64,000 nt of DNA from assembly GCA_905235705.1 (NCBI GenBank), contig CAJOML010000001.1, positions 12,118-76,117 of the forward strand. Direction: 5' to 3'. A model generated the notes under the pieces. It was given only the letters and a program-made list of their open reading frames with translations, was not told where the DNA came from and searched no databases. Source of the stretch: an uncultured Bacilli bacterium (GTDB lineage Bacteria > Bacillota_I > Bacilli_A > RFN20 > CAG-826). The position numbers were made by a program, and so were the translations under genes. This document shows positions 38,204-48,519 of the stretch, piece after piece; position 1 is the first letter of the stretch, and each line of letters starts with the position of its first letter.

Positions 38204-41200
38204 TCACGGGGTAACCGAATATCCCGTGTTTTTATAACGACTATTCGAATTTGTTTTGCCATAAGTTGAGTTATACATCGCGTTGCTGGCGGTCATGGCG
38301 TTGCTGTTAATGTTGTAATGGGTATATTTAATAAGCCAGCCGCTCGTGTATGACGAATAAGAATACATATTTACTTTGTGCGAGGAACTAGTCCAAGCAT
38401 TGGTATAAGCCCCAGAAGAAGCGATGTTGGAAATTGATAAATTGAAAGAGGCAGTCGCGGCTTGGATGCCGATTAATGAAAGACCGAAACTGCCGCTTGC
38501 TGAATACAAAGATTTCTTTGAATATCCGCTATATGTGGCGGTTTTGCCGGAGATATTGATGACAAAGTCGGTTAATATGCTGGTCCCAGTCAATCCCTCC
38601 ATCCCGATGGTTAATCGCCAAGATGGATTGGTGGTGTTTCCGCTTGAGGTAACGCCTTTGACGATGTCTTCGCCATGTAATGCTCGGTCGGAGGAAATGT
38701 CGTCTAGGCTAGAGGTAAGACTGCTTTTCATGCCTAAAATGTAGTTCAATAACCATTTCAATATGTTATCCATGAAATTTTCCCCGGTGACACGTTTATA
38801 ACTCTCACTAAAGTCATCGGAGAATACGGTGCTTGGTTCATGAACGTAACGCCGGAAGAATAAGTCTCCTCCAGTTTGGTTATCCCCATCGTTTTCATAA
38901 AATAGGTTAACGTAAGTATTTCCATCGTTTACCAAAGTTATTTTGGGGGTATAGATTGCCCCTACCATCTTGATCTCGGTTCCATCAAGGTAGACGACTA
39001 AATTTATTGTGATGGTCGTTTTTATACCAACGATCGACAAGACGACATTTCCTGAAATGTGGTAGGTGGTTAAGGTCGAAGAATCGGTTACGCCCAAGGT
39101 AATTGTCCCTAGCAAGAAGTCGATTAATTGTTTTAAACACGAATATGAGGTGAAAGAGGAAATGGATGGATTTTCACCCCAATTAAAATCGCTAGCCCTA
39201 GATAAACTGGTTTTGGCCAATTCGATCTTGACGTAGATTTCGCTTCCTTCCGAAGAGGATAAAGAAGGCATATAGAGCTCAATATATTTAGGGAGCCCCT
39301 TCTTTACGTTTCCTTCAACGATGCGGTCTTCACCATAGGTGATACGTAAAGAAGTGGGGACGTTTTCTTTGATTAAGGACGGCTTTAAGACAAACGTGTC
39401 GACGTTGGTCACATTATTGATATCGACGGAAGATAAAATGCCCGAAGAAACGACTTCGAGATATTGTCCCTTCATAATGGCGCCGAAGGTGGTCTTGGTT
39501 TTTAAATCGGTGAAAGCGGAAGTCAAACGTTTAAAACGTGGATCGGTGGAGGTCAATAACTCGGTGAGGGCGTCGAGAACACCGTTCATCGAATGGATGG
39601 AGAAGCGTCCATTCAACCCGTTTTTATTGGTAGGATCAGTAGGTGAATAGTTGCGATTGGTTGAAGTGTTATATCCGTTTTTGGCTTGGCTAGTGTTCAC
39701 CGAGGAATAGGAGAAAAGCATCATTCCGCCGGCACTAGTGTCATTACCCGAGAAATCGCCATTGGTCCAATTTGTCTCTTCCTCATCTGAAGAGGCTTCT
39801 AATGGGGCTCCGGTGACGTCGATTGCGAGGGTATGGTCGTTGATGTAATTCTCTTTACGGTCGGTGAAAATGACCTTCCCAGTCCCGATTTTGTTATACA
39901 AATCGAATCCGAGGCTACCGTTAAAAAGCATGCCCTGTTCATTTAGGTTCTTCGTCCCATCCCAGCTTGAGACGCTTTGGCGGATGTTGCTATGGTTATC
40001 GCTACCTTTTTTGGAAATATAGCCGCTGATATTGGCCTGAACCTGGGTGTTAGGAGATTCTTTTGTGCCGGCAGCATCGGCAATATATTCGTCCCAGCTT
40101 GGTAAATGGGCCATTTCCTGATAGGAAGAAAGGTCCAGGGCATCGATTTTGGCATTAGAAAAGGGTCTTAAGGTCAATAGACCGTCTAAGGTGAAAGTCA
40201 AATTGGGAGAATTTGTCGTGACTATGCCGACTTGATCAAGATCAATCGAAAGGAGGCTGGTGGCCGAATCGGTGGCGTCTAAAGTCGCCGATACCTTCCC
40301 TACCATTTTGGCTTGGAAACCTGTGCCATTTAACTTATCGAGGTCAACTCTCACAATCAATTTGTTTTGGCTCACCCTTAGCGTTGAAATCGCCTCGACG
40401 GCGGTGTGATATTGGCCTGAATCGATGACATTATAGATAGCCGAACCGGTTACGGCGTCAAGAGCGTTAGTGATGGAATCCATGGAAGCCACAACACCGG
40501 CAATGAGGTTTTTGATGGTGTCGTTTTGGATTCCTTCCATGCCTAAGGCTTCTTTTAATGTGGTGGCAAGGGAGGAAAGAGTGGACATTCCGGTCGAGGC
40601 CTTCATCACGCTTTCGTTTAAGGCGATGTAGGCTTTGGTATCTTCTGTTTCTTCTTGAAGAAGAAGGGATATCTTTTCTTGATTGCCGTTCATCGATAAA
40701 GCGGCCTCGCCGAATACTTTTTCAAATGCCCCACCTTCAAAAGAGGCGTCGGCAGATAGGCTTAAGGTCGCGTTTTCGGTGACGGCGTCACGCGAGAAAG
40801 CGGTGGAAGAACCTTCAACCGCCTCTTCGTGGTGGTAGATATTAAACGAGGCATCAATGCCAAACCGTTTGCTAGAAACATAGTCGCCCACATCTTTGAT
40901 GAGATCGATGGAAGAGGAGATTTCAACATAAGACTCGGGATCTTCAGGGGTAAGGTTTTTGATGGTGGTGGCAGGACTTATGGAGGCGGAGAAAGATATC
41001 TCTAAGCCGTCTTCGCTTTGATAGGGGCTTTCTCCTTTTAAGGGAAAATCGATGCCAGATAAAACGGCGGAAGAATTGGCGATTAGGCCAAAGGATAAGG
41101 TCTTCTCGCCTAGAGGCAGGTCATAACGGAAGTAGCCGGATTCGATTTCCTCGATTTGGTCAAAGGAGGCTTTGATTTTGTCCCCGTCAATGGTAATGCC

Positions 41201-41782
41201 ACCGTGTTTAGGCGAAGTTAAAGAAATAGCGGGCAGGTTCCAGGCGTCGAAAAGGGAGTAAAGGAAATAATCGAAGAGGCCATATTCGTAATATTCGATG
41301 CCCCTTGTGGAACTATCTTGCGAGGTAATAGCCTCGACTTGGCTGGGTTCAAGTCTGCTTTTTAGGCGAATCCCATTATTTTCCCCAGGCCAGCTTAGAC
41401 CGACATAGATTTCGTCATCTTCTAGCGACAGCCCAAAGCTACGTTCGACTTGACGGTTATAACTTAGCGTAGCCGCCATGCCGAAAGTGAGTTGATGGAG
41501 GGAAAGCCCATCAAGACGGACATATCCGTGCCCTTCATCGGCCAAAGAAAGGATGTTGTCTCCCTTCCCTTCTTTCCCGGGGATATTAAGCGAAAACGAA
41601 TTGAAATTCAGATCTAGCCCTTTATTTAGCCCCTCTTCAAATTGCTTGGAAATCGGGGCGCTAGGGGCTTCAAGAACCGGGGTGATTTCAGAATGCTCAG
41701 GCGTGGTGTTGACGCAGCTACACAAAAGTAGGCCAATTAGGCCTAGGAGGAGGTAGGGTTTAAACAAGGAAGAGCCACGCAT
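38204..41782 (-). CDS. Very large surface lipoprotein (1192 aa), paralog of 42638..46696
   Basis: Lipobox LLCSC. Ser/Thr/Asn-rich. Shared blocks with the 1352-aa protein (LSLH..., YYEYG.D..., GIDFP...). Confidence 0.6.
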   Translation of the reverse strand: MRGSSLFKPYLLLGLIGLLLCSCVNTTPEHSEITPVLEAPSAPISKQFEEGLNKGLDLNFNSFSLNIPGKEGKGDNILSLADEGHGYVRLDGLSLHQLTFGMAATLSYNRQVERSFGLSLEDDEIYVGLSWPGENNGIRLKSRLEPSQVEAITSQDSSTRGIEYYEYGLFDYFLYSLFDAWNLPAISLTSPKHGGITIDGDKIKASFDQIEEIESGYFRYDLPLGEKTLSFGLIANSSAVLSGIDFPLKGESPYQSEDGLEISFSASISPATTIKNLTPEDPESYVEISSSIDLIKDVGDYVSSKRFGIDASFNIYHHEEAVEGSSTAFSRDAVTENATLSLSADASFEGGAFEKVFGEAALSMNGNQEKISLLLQEETEDTKAYIALNESVMKASTGMSTLSSLATTLKEALGMEGIQNDTIKNLIAGVVASMDSITNALDAVTGSAIYNVIDSGQYHTAVEAISTLRVSQNKLIVRVDLDKLNGTGFQAKMVGKVSATLDATDSATSLLSIDLDQVGIVTTNSPNLTFTLDGLLTLRPFSNAKIDALDLSSYQEMAHLPSWDEYIADAAGTKESPNTQVQANISGYISKKGSDNHSNIRQSVSSWDGTKNLNEQGMLFNGSLGFDLYNKIGTGKVIFTDRKENYINDHTLAIDVTGAPLEASSDEEETNWTNGDFSGNDTSAGGMMLFSYSSVNTSQAKNGYNTSTNRNYSPTDPTNKNGLNGRFSIHSMNGVLDALTELLTSTDPRFKRLTSAFTDLKTKTTFGAIMKGQYLEVVSSGILSSVDINNVTNVDTFVLKPSLIKENVPTSLRITYGEDRIVEGNVKKGLPKYIELYMPSLSSSEGSEIYVKIELAKTSLSRASDFNWGENPSISSFTSYSCLKQLIDFLLGTITLGVTDSSTLTTYHISGNVVLSIVGIKTTITINLVVYLDGTEIKMVGAIYTPKITLVNDGNTYVNLFYENDGDNQTGGDLFFRRYVHEPSTVFSDDFSESYKRVTGENFMDNILKWLLNYILGMKSSLTSSLDDISSDRALHGEDIVKGVTSSGNTTNPSWRLTIGMEGLTGTSILTDFVINISGKTATYSGYSKKSLYSASGSFGLSLIGIQAATASFNLSISNIASSGAYTNAWTSSSHKVNMYSYSSYTSGWLIKYTHYNINSNAMTASNAMYNSTYGKTNSNSRYKNTGYSVTP

Positions 41783-41797
41783 CTGTCTTTTTCTCCG

Positions 41798-41814
41798 TTT
41801 GCATTATATGCAAA
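41798..41814. promoter_or_regulatory. Inverted repeat TTTGCAT-TAT-ATGCAAA overlapping a TATAAT -10 just upstream of the 1192-aa lipoprotein gene
   Basis: 7-bp arms with a 3-bp spacer. Lies 16 bp upstream of the start codon. The reverse complement contains TATAAT. Confidence 0.5.
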
Positions 41815-41907
41815 ACTTTTCAAGGTGGCATATCGAATATAGAAAGCCTCCATTCTCCTGTTTTGAGAATAAAAAAACGCACCACGTGGATGCGTTTTTC
41901 CTTATTT

Positions 41908-42552
41908 TTAGGCTTTTGGCTTGCGTCTGTAATTCGCCCAAAGAACGATGATGACTTGGATGGGGATGCCGACGATTAGGATATACCAAACGTTCTCCGG
42001 TGGGTCCATAAAATAGGCAAATTGGATTGAGAAGGCGATTAAGACAGTCCAAATAAAGACCGATACCAAGACGGTCGCGGCAATCTTATTGTGATAGAGG
42101 AATTTGACCTCTAAATAAGCGACAAGCAGGGCCACAGGCACCATCCAGATAAAGACGGCCCAGGAACGGAATTTAGAGGCAGGATCGACGTTGCCACCAT
42201 GGAAAGGATTGAAATATTCGGAGAAGAAAATCGAAAGGGCGACCAGCACGATAAAAGTCATCGACATGGCTAAAGTCAGGCCATAATTGATATTCCTTGC
42301 CCTGCCTTCTTTCTTGGCGATGGCTTCGAGTTTTTCTTGGTCTTGCGGTTTGAGGAAATAATCGACCGTAACGCCATAAAACTCGGCGAAGTCAACAAGA
42401 ACGTCGACCCCGGGAATGGTATAACCAAGTTCCCATTTGGAAATGGACTTATCCGAATAATTAATTTCTTTGGCAAGTTGCTGTTGGGTGAGGCCACGAG
42501 ACTTCCTTAAGGCCGCCAAGTTTTTCCCAACGATCGAGGCTAAATCTTCCAT
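41908..42552 (-). CDS. XRE-family HTH regulator with C-terminal 4-TM membrane domain
   Basis: N-terminal QQQLAKEINYSDKSISKWELG helix-turn-helix followed by four hydrophobic helices. Confidence 0.7.
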   Translation of the reverse strand: MEDLASIVGKNLAALRKSRGLTQQQLAKEINYSDKSISKWELGYTIPGVDVLVDFAEFYGVTVDYFLKPQDQEKLEAIAKKEGRARNINYGLTLAMSMTFIVLVALSIFFSEYFNPFHGGNVDPASKFRSWAVFIWMVPVALLVAYLEVKFLYHNKIAATVLVSVFIWTVLIAFSIQFAYFMDPPENVWYILIVGIPIQVIIVLWANYRRKPKA

Positions 42553-42556
42553 GCCT

Positions 42557-42570
42557 TAAGTTTAAACTTA
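42557..42570. promoter_or_regulatory. Perfect 14-bp palindrome TAAGTTTAAACTTA abutting the XRE gene start codon
   Basis: Direct reading. Lies 5 bp from the ATG (42550-42552). Confidence 0.45.
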
Positions 42571-42580
42571 GAGCGAAATG

Positions 42581-42618
42581 AAGAAAAGAAAAAGCGACGG
42601 AGACATAGCCTCCGCCGC
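42581..42618 (-). terminator. Rho-independent terminator after the 1352-aa gene
   Basis: On the minus strand gcggcggag gctatgt ctccgtcgc followed by tttttcttttctt. Confidence 0.6.
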
Positions 42619-42637
42619 AAATAATTTAGAGTCGTTT

Positions 42638-45600
42638 TTAGTCGTTCTCTAAGACTTTGGCGATGATGGTTTTTCCTTCCTTTTCGCCAAGGACGATGGT
42701 GTAGCTCTTCCCGGCTTTGAAAGCGAAGGAATATTCGTCAGTGGTCTCCTCGCCGATAGTGACCTTAACGGCATTTAGGCTGCCTTTATATTCAAGAGTA
42801 ACTTCTTCGGCATAGTCAGCCACTTCCCCTTCGACGGTAGCAACTCCTTCGACCAAGACGATGCTAGCGTCATTGGTTAAGCTAGAAGCATCGATGGTGA
42901 AGGTGACGGATTTGGTCGGGTAGATGTAGTGGTTGAATCCGCTTTCGGGGGCGGTAGCATTTTCGAGGGTGTAGTTATAACCATAGTAGTTATTCAACGT
43001 TCCTTCGCTGGTGTCGAGTTCGCCCTGGAATCCGTTTTTGAGTTCAAATAAGCTGCCACGAGCATCTGCGATAACTTCTTCATCGGTTGCATCGTTATCG
43101 TAGAGTAAGCCAGAATCATGGACATTGCCAACGTAAATCTGCGCAAAACGGCTATTTTCTCCGCAAACTGCTTCGATTTGGTTCGATCCAGAGATGTTGG
43201 TCAAATTGAGGGAGACCTTGGCGGAAGCGATGTAGAGCTGGTTGGGTTTTTCGTTGCCTTCAAGAATGTTGGAAGCGGTGGCCTTGACATTTAATTCGGC
43301 GTCAAGACCGGTGAGGATCTTTTCGCTGTAGTTGGTCGAGGTCACCTTTCTTGAATGGATGGTGACGACGATTTCATCAAGAATGCCAACGCCGACTAAC
43401 TCGCCGAGGTCAAGCGAGATGATGTAATCGCGTCCATCGGTGGTTTCGACGGACTTAAATCCGGTCCAAGCATCATCAATATGGATGCCTTTGGCAGAAG
43501 CGGATTCTTCATTTGAAGTTGTGGTCGTCGCTTCTTCGGAAGGAGTAAACAAGGATTCATTTAAGCCGATAGCATATTCGCCAATGTAGCCTAAGAGGTT
43601 GGAAAGGAGATCCTTGCCACCGACTTTAACGGCGTCTTGGACGTTGCGGAGACGGCCATAGGAGGAGTCGCGTAAGATGAGGGCGCTACCTTCGGGATCG
43701 ACACCGTTGGCATAGAAGAAGATTTCGCTGTTGCGCTTACCTTCGATCTCGTTAGGACGGAAGTAATGTTCATCATCAGGCCCGTTGATGCCACGGATGA
43801 CAGGAAGGTTGGGGAAGGAAGCGTAGATCTTAGTTTCTGCCCCTTCGACAGAAGCATCGGCGTTAAATTGATAAACGTTCATGCCATAGCCGGCGATATC
43901 AAGGCCGATGCTGCCTTCGATACCATAGTTGGAAACACCGCCGAAGGTGCCATTATCCATGTAGGTGCCGACGGTTAAGGTGTTGATGAGGTCGCGGCCC
44001 ATTTCGGCAAGAGGGCTGTAATCATCGAACCCTTCATAAGAGGAGATGAAGGAAATTTCTTCGTTTTCAGCGACGGCTTCAATGCCGGAAACGGTGAAGC
44101 TGATAACGGTGGATTCGCCTTCTTCAGGAGCTTTGGTGATGGTGACTTTCAAAGTATCGATGCCACCTTCTTCTTCCCCGCTACTAGGAAGATAGGTGAT
44201 ATCTAAAGCAATGGTGGTGTCTTTCAAGCCAATGGCAGGTCCGTTGATGATAACGGAGGTGGAGGAGCCTAAGGAGACGGTTTTAAGGATGCCTCTAGCT
44301 TCAAGCAAACCGAAGTATTCGCCATTGAGGATATCCCCGATGAGGGAGGATTCGCTCATTAAGGCGGTGCCTAAGCGGGAGAAACGGTCGTCGTTTTTGA
44401 AGAAATCGATGAGGAAGTCAAAGTCAAAGTTGTCCGAATTGAAGACTTTTTTGGCGGCTTCGACATTGATGAAGCCGTTGATGCCTTTGCTAGTTTTGGC
44501 TGAGGATTCAGCGGTGGTGGAATAAGAATCGTAATGGAAGAAGATGTCGGTGAAGCCTTCTTGGAAATCCAAGGCGATGTTGTGGTCTTGGGTGTTGGCT
44601 TCATTTTTCATTTGCTTCAAGGTGAGCTTAGCCCCGCCTTTGCCATTGCTAGTTTCGCCATTGAATTTCACGGCGATATCGCCGCCGATGGCTAGGGTTT
44701 GTTTGTCGCCTTTGGCAATAGAACCAGCTAAATTGGCTTTGAAGGATTTGGAATCGACGAGGCTCTTGATTTGGCCGCCGATGCCTTTAAGGTGGGAGAT
44801 GGTCTCGTAGTTTTTGGCGACGCTTGCGTCAAAAACAGGGGCCTTGGGCTGATCGAAAGCGACGGACTTAACGGAACCATTTAAGGTTAAGGAGGCGAAT
44901 CGGACGTTATTGAAGGTGAGGTTTAAAAGGTTTTCGTCTACCCCATCAAGGGTCAAGCTGACCGTGCCAGTTAAGCCTAAGGGGGAGAGGCCAAGTTCAA
45001 TAAGGATTTGGTTATCCGCGTTTTTGAATAGGGTTAATAAATCAAGTAGTCCGTTATAGGCTCCTTTGTCGATGGCCTTTAGAACTTTGGAGTTTTTGAT
45101 GGCATTAATGGAGTCGCCAATCGAGCCAAGAAGTTTTTCGAATTGATCAAGCGATAGCGAATCGCCAACGCCGGTGAAGGTTTCGGCGATGGTATTGGTA
45201 TAGAATTCGTGGAGATAAGTCCAACCGGATTTGGCTTTGATGACGTCATTGACGTTGAGGTAGCCATTGAAGACTTCGTTTCCTTCTTCGACTTCCTTTA
45301 AGTAAGCGACGCCGATTTTGTTGGCTTTGGTGGAATCGTGAGTTTGAATTGTGCCTTCCCCGATTTCAATGTTGGCATCAAGGCCTTCAAGGGAACGGGT
45401 CGAGGTGGAAAGGGGGTTTCCTTTTACGAAAGCATCAAGATTTGCGTCGATTTTGATATAAGCATCTTCATTGACGCTTTGTTTCTTAAGGTGAGTTCTA
45501 TCGGCTTCTCTATTGTTGCTAGTCGCATGCTTTAGATCTAAGCCGACGGAGACGCCGACTTCGGGTTTGGCGATGACTTTGGCGATCCCTTCAAAGAGCT

Positions 45601-46696
45601 CACGGGAGTTCTTTAATTCTTTGTATGAGGATGCTTCGCCTCTAACTTGCTGATTCCAGTTGATGTCGCTAGTTCCATCAACGGTAATCTCGGCTTGCAA
45701 GGTCATGCCATCTTGAATATTCCAAACAGCGGAATCGGGGGAACCGCCATTAATATCCAATTTGGCGGGGAGGTCGATGCCAGTCAGATTGTAGTCAGAG
45801 CTGCTAGCGAAGCCTAAAGGAATCGTTTTATTATCAGAAATCGGGAGATTCCAAACAAAATATGGCTTAGATGAAACTTCATATTCCTTCATTTCGTCCA
45901 TCGAGGCGAGGATTTTGTCGGTAAGCGAGGTGTCGCTGGTGCTATCATCGCTGGTGGAAGAGGAACCGGTAAGGTTATTTAGCCATCCTTCCAAAGAGAC
46001 GGAGATGCCACCTTCGGATAAGGTTTCGAGGATGACTTCAATCAACCAGTCAAGTTCGCCATATTCATAATAGTATGCGCCACGGGTGAGGGAATCGATG
46101 GAATTAACGGAAGGGTTCACCTGCGAAGCGGCGGCACTAACATGATATTTGAAATCCCAAGTGGATGTGGTGCGAGCGGGAATCTCCCCGTTTTCTTCTA
46201 AATCGGGCACGACATAAGCGGCATCGCCATTATCGAAGAGATCTAAATAGATGTCGTCATTAATCAAAGAAGCATAGATGCCTCTATTTTTGGCCTCGTA
46301 GCCATTATCGCTATAGGAAATAGGTAAATCCAAAGCGAAGTTTATGCCGTGAAGAGAAAGCTCGTTCATGGCAAAATAGATGCGGCCAGGGTTGCTTTCG
46401 GTGACTTCGATCGTGTTATGACCGGCTTTGGCGTTTTCACCGGTATAGAATTGGTCGAATTTCAAGTGCTTAACGTCAAGCTTTAAGCCCGCGGTTGCTC
46501 CTTCGGCGAGGTTTCCGATGAATCTCTCGCGTCCGGTTAAAGCGGCTAGGCCATCGCCATCATCAGGTCCGGCGACGTGCTCGATGCTCACTTTCTGCGG
46601 GATGGCAAAGAAAGTGGTCGCGGCAGCAACGCCAAATAAGGCGAACGCGCTCAAACCTAGAAGGAGACGTTTCTTTCCACTTAATTTTTGTTTCAT
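42638..46696 (-). CDS. Very large surface protein (1352 aa) with N-terminal signal/anchor, paralog of the 1192-aa lipoprotein
   Basis: N-terminal hydrophobic segment. Conserved blocks shared with 38204..41782. Confidence 0.6.
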   Translation of the reverse strand: MKQKLSGKKRLLLGLSAFALFGVAAATTFFAIPQKVSIEHVAGPDDGDGLAALTGRERFIGNLAEGATAGLKLDVKHLKFDQFYTGENAKAGHNTIEVTESNPGRIYFAMNELSLHGINFALDLPISYSDNGYEAKNRGIYASLINDDIYLDLFDNGDAAYVVPDLEENGEIPARTTSTWDFKYHVSAAASQVNPSVNSIDSLTRGAYYYEYGELDWLIEVILETLSEGGISVSLEGWLNNLTGSSSTSDDSTSDTSLTDKILASMDEMKEYEVSSKPYFVWNLPISDNKTIPLGFASSSDYNLTGIDLPAKLDINGGSPDSAVWNIQDGMTLQAEITVDGTSDINWNQQVRGEASSYKELKNSRELFEGIAKVIAKPEVGVSVGLDLKHATSNNREADRTHLKKQSVNEDAYIKIDANLDAFVKGNPLSTSTRSLEGLDANIEIGEGTIQTHDSTKANKIGVAYLKEVEEGNEVFNGYLNVNDVIKAKSGWTYLHEFYTNTIAETFTGVGDSLSLDQFEKLLGSIGDSINAIKNSKVLKAIDKGAYNGLLDLLTLFKNADNQILIELGLSPLGLTGTVSLTLDGVDENLLNLTFNNVRFASLTLNGSVKSVAFDQPKAPVFDASVAKNYETISHLKGIGGQIKSLVDSKSFKANLAGSIAKGDKQTLAIGGDIAVKFNGETSNGKGGAKLTLKQMKNEANTQDHNIALDFQEGFTDIFFHYDSYSTTAESSAKTSKGINGFINVEAAKKVFNSDNFDFDFLIDFFKNDDRFSRLGTALMSESSLIGDILNGEYFGLLEARGILKTVSLGSSTSVIINGPAIGLKDTTIALDITYLPSSGEEEGGIDTLKVTITKAPEEGESTVISFTVSGIEAVAENEEISFISSYEGFDDYSPLAEMGRDLINTLTVGTYMDNGTFGGVSNYGIEGSIGLDIAGYGMNVYQFNADASVEGAETKIYASFPNLPVIRGINGPDDEHYFRPNEIEGKRNSEIFFYANGVDPEGSALILRDSSYGRLRNVQDAVKVGGKDLLSNLLGYIGEYAIGLNESLFTPSEEATTTTSNEESASAKGIHIDDAWTGFKSVETTDGRDYIISLDLGELVGVGILDEIVVTIHSRKVTSTNYSEKILTGLDAELNVKATASNILEGNEKPNQLYIASAKVSLNLTNISGSNQIEAVCGENSRFAQIYVGNVHDSGLLYDNDATDEEVIADARGSLFELKNGFQGELDTSEGTLNNYYGYNYTLENATAPESGFNHYIYPTKSVTFTIDASSLTNDASIVLVEGVATVEGEVADYAEEVTLEYKGSLNAVKVTIGEETTDEYSFAFKAGKSYTIVLGEKEGKTIIAKVLEND

Positions 46697-46711
46697 AAGT
46701 TTTACTCCTTT

Positions 46712-47650
46712 TTATAGACTTTTGGGGAATGCTTCCAAGACGCTGCCGGGATTTGGATATCCGCCAGGCATCGGCACGTGGAAGTAGACGTTAGTGAGTT
46801 CGCCAGTGCATGAACTTCCGACGCCGGCGGAAGTGGTGGCGAAGTAACGTTCGTGGCTTTTCATGCGAACGAGGTTGAGGTCCTTGTCTAGGGTAACCGT
46901 GAGGTGTACCCAATCGAAGGTGGGCCTGTTTTTGAGGTTGGAGATGCTTTGCATCTGCTTTTGATAACGGGCCGTCGAGGTCTTAGGGTCTAATTCCACT
47001 TCGACACGGTATCCGCCGTTTTCCTCATAAATCCCAGTCGGGGGATCCCCAGAAGGGCTGCTCCCTTGTAAGAGGGTTTTCTCCGATACGATGTAGGAGA
47101 GTCCGACCGAGACATATCGCCCCATCTTCTCCTTGTATTGCTCGTTAGTGATGGTTTCGGGCGTGTGGGAAGCGTAGTCAGGGTTATCGCCCCAATACAA
47201 AGTGGTGTTATCGCCTTCTTGGAACATTCGGTCGTATAGATTAACTAGACCGCTGGAATTGGATTCCTCGAAATAGCGATTTCCTTCTTTTGCGGTGCGT
47301 GCGGTAATGACTTGCTTGACCATCGCGGCTTGGGTGAAACCGACACCCATTGAGTAATTGCTTTCCTCTTGTCCGAATAACTCGAACCCGATGTTGATCA
47401 TTTCAGGGGCGGAAAGGGAGGAATAATCGCCTTTTGATTTTGCCGCCTGATATTTCTTCATCGTCGTCTCGATGTCGATAACATAGGCATCTTCGTCAAC
47501 CACATATTGAGTGGTATCGGGCTTGAGGACTTTGGCCAAGACGAAACCGCCGACCACTCCTAGCACCGCAGCGGAGGCTAGGACAATCGGCCAGACCAGG
47601 GCGATGCCATGGTGAGAACGGGTTTTATTCACTGATTCAACGGTTTTCAT
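46712..47650 (-). CDS. Membrane-anchored (N-terminal TM) extracytoplasmic protein, unknown function
   Basis: 312 aa with a single N-terminal TM. Ends 16 bp upstream of the 1352-aa gene. Confidence 0.5.
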   Translation of the reverse strand: MKTVESVNKTRSHHGIALVWPIVLASAAVLGVVGGFVLAKVLKPDTTQYVVDEDAYVIDIETTMKKYQAAKSKGDYSSLSAPEMINIGFELFGQEESNYSMGVGFTQAAMVKQVITARTAKEGNRYFEESNSSGLVNLYDRMFQEGDNTTLYWGDNPDYASHTPETITNEQYKEKMGRYVSVGLSYIVSEKTLLQGSSPSGDPPTGIYEENGGYRVEVELDPKTSTARYQKQMQSISNLKNRPTFDWVHLTVTLDKDLNLVRMKSHERYFATTSAGVGSSCTGELTNVYFHVPMPGGYPNPGSVLEAFPKSL

Positions 47651-47940
47651 CTTTGGACCGGCAAGAATTTACTATGCGTGCGAGGCTGGTGCACTCTATA
47701 CGTGTTTCCCTAATTTAAAGGAAACCATTTCTCTAAAATAGAGAGTTATTTTAGATAGGACGTGACACAAAAAATTAATGAAATAAGGAAGGAAGGGCTC
47801 GTGATTTTAAAATGAGTGAACTTTTGGGGGAGACGAGTTTCTTTCATGTCTTAAAGCGGGCTTTTTTAATGTGATATTCCCCTTTTTCTTTCGAAAAATT
47901 GTGGTTTTTGATATAATTAACCAAAATAAGGAGGGGTCCT

Positions 47941-48465
47941 ATGGCAAATCACAAGATTGGCGATCATGTTTATCATACTTTTTGTGGTGTCTGCCAAATC
48001 AAGGACATCGCCAAACTCGATGGCGACCCCAGCGGAAACGAATACTATGTTTTATCACCTCTATATGGGGATGATCAGCGTAACATCATCCGCGTTCCCG
48101 TAAGCAATTCTTCCTCCTTACGTAGGCCTCTTGACCGCGAAGGCGCGATTGCCTTGATCAAGAGCTGGCCTTCCCCTGACCAAGACTTATATATCTTGGA
48201 TTCAAAGCAGCGAAAACTTGCTTATGAGAGAGCCCTCAATAGCGGCATGATTGAAGATCTAGCCACTTTGCTTGAAGGGGCATTGCAAAGGAAAAGACGC
48301 GATACCCATTTAAATTCAATGGATGGTCAATTCGTGAATCGCGCTTCCCCGATTGTCTATGGAGAATTATCCTTCGCCCTCGGGATTCCTTATGATGAAG
48401 TCGTCCCTTATTTAGACAAACTAACGGGCAAAGACAAACTTACGGGCAAAGATAAACTTGGCTAA
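47941..48465 (+). CDS. CarD/CdnL-family RNA-polymerase-binding transcription factor
   Basis: N-terminal IGDHVYHTFCGVCQI...YYVL...IRVPV matches the CarD_CdnL_TRCF RNAP-interaction domain. AAGGAGG RBS. C-terminal KLTGKD x2 repeat. Confidence 0.65.
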   Translation: MANHKIGDHVYHTFCGVCQIKDIAKLDGDPSGNEYYVLSPLYGDDQRNIIRVPVSNSSSLRRPLDREGAIALIKSWPSPDQDLYILDSKQRKLAYERALNSGMIEDLATLLEGALQRKRRDTHLNSMDGQFVNRASPIVYGELSFALGIPYDEVVPYLDKLTGKDKLTGKDKLG

Positions 48466-48471
48466 GCAAGC

Positions 48472-48500
48472 AAAAAACTCGTCGCGAAGACGAGTTTTTT
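48472..48500. terminator. Bidirectional rho-independent terminator
   Basis: aaaaa actcgtc gcgaa gacgagt tttttt. Confidence 0.8.
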
Positions 48501-48519
48501 CATCAATGTGGAATTTGTT

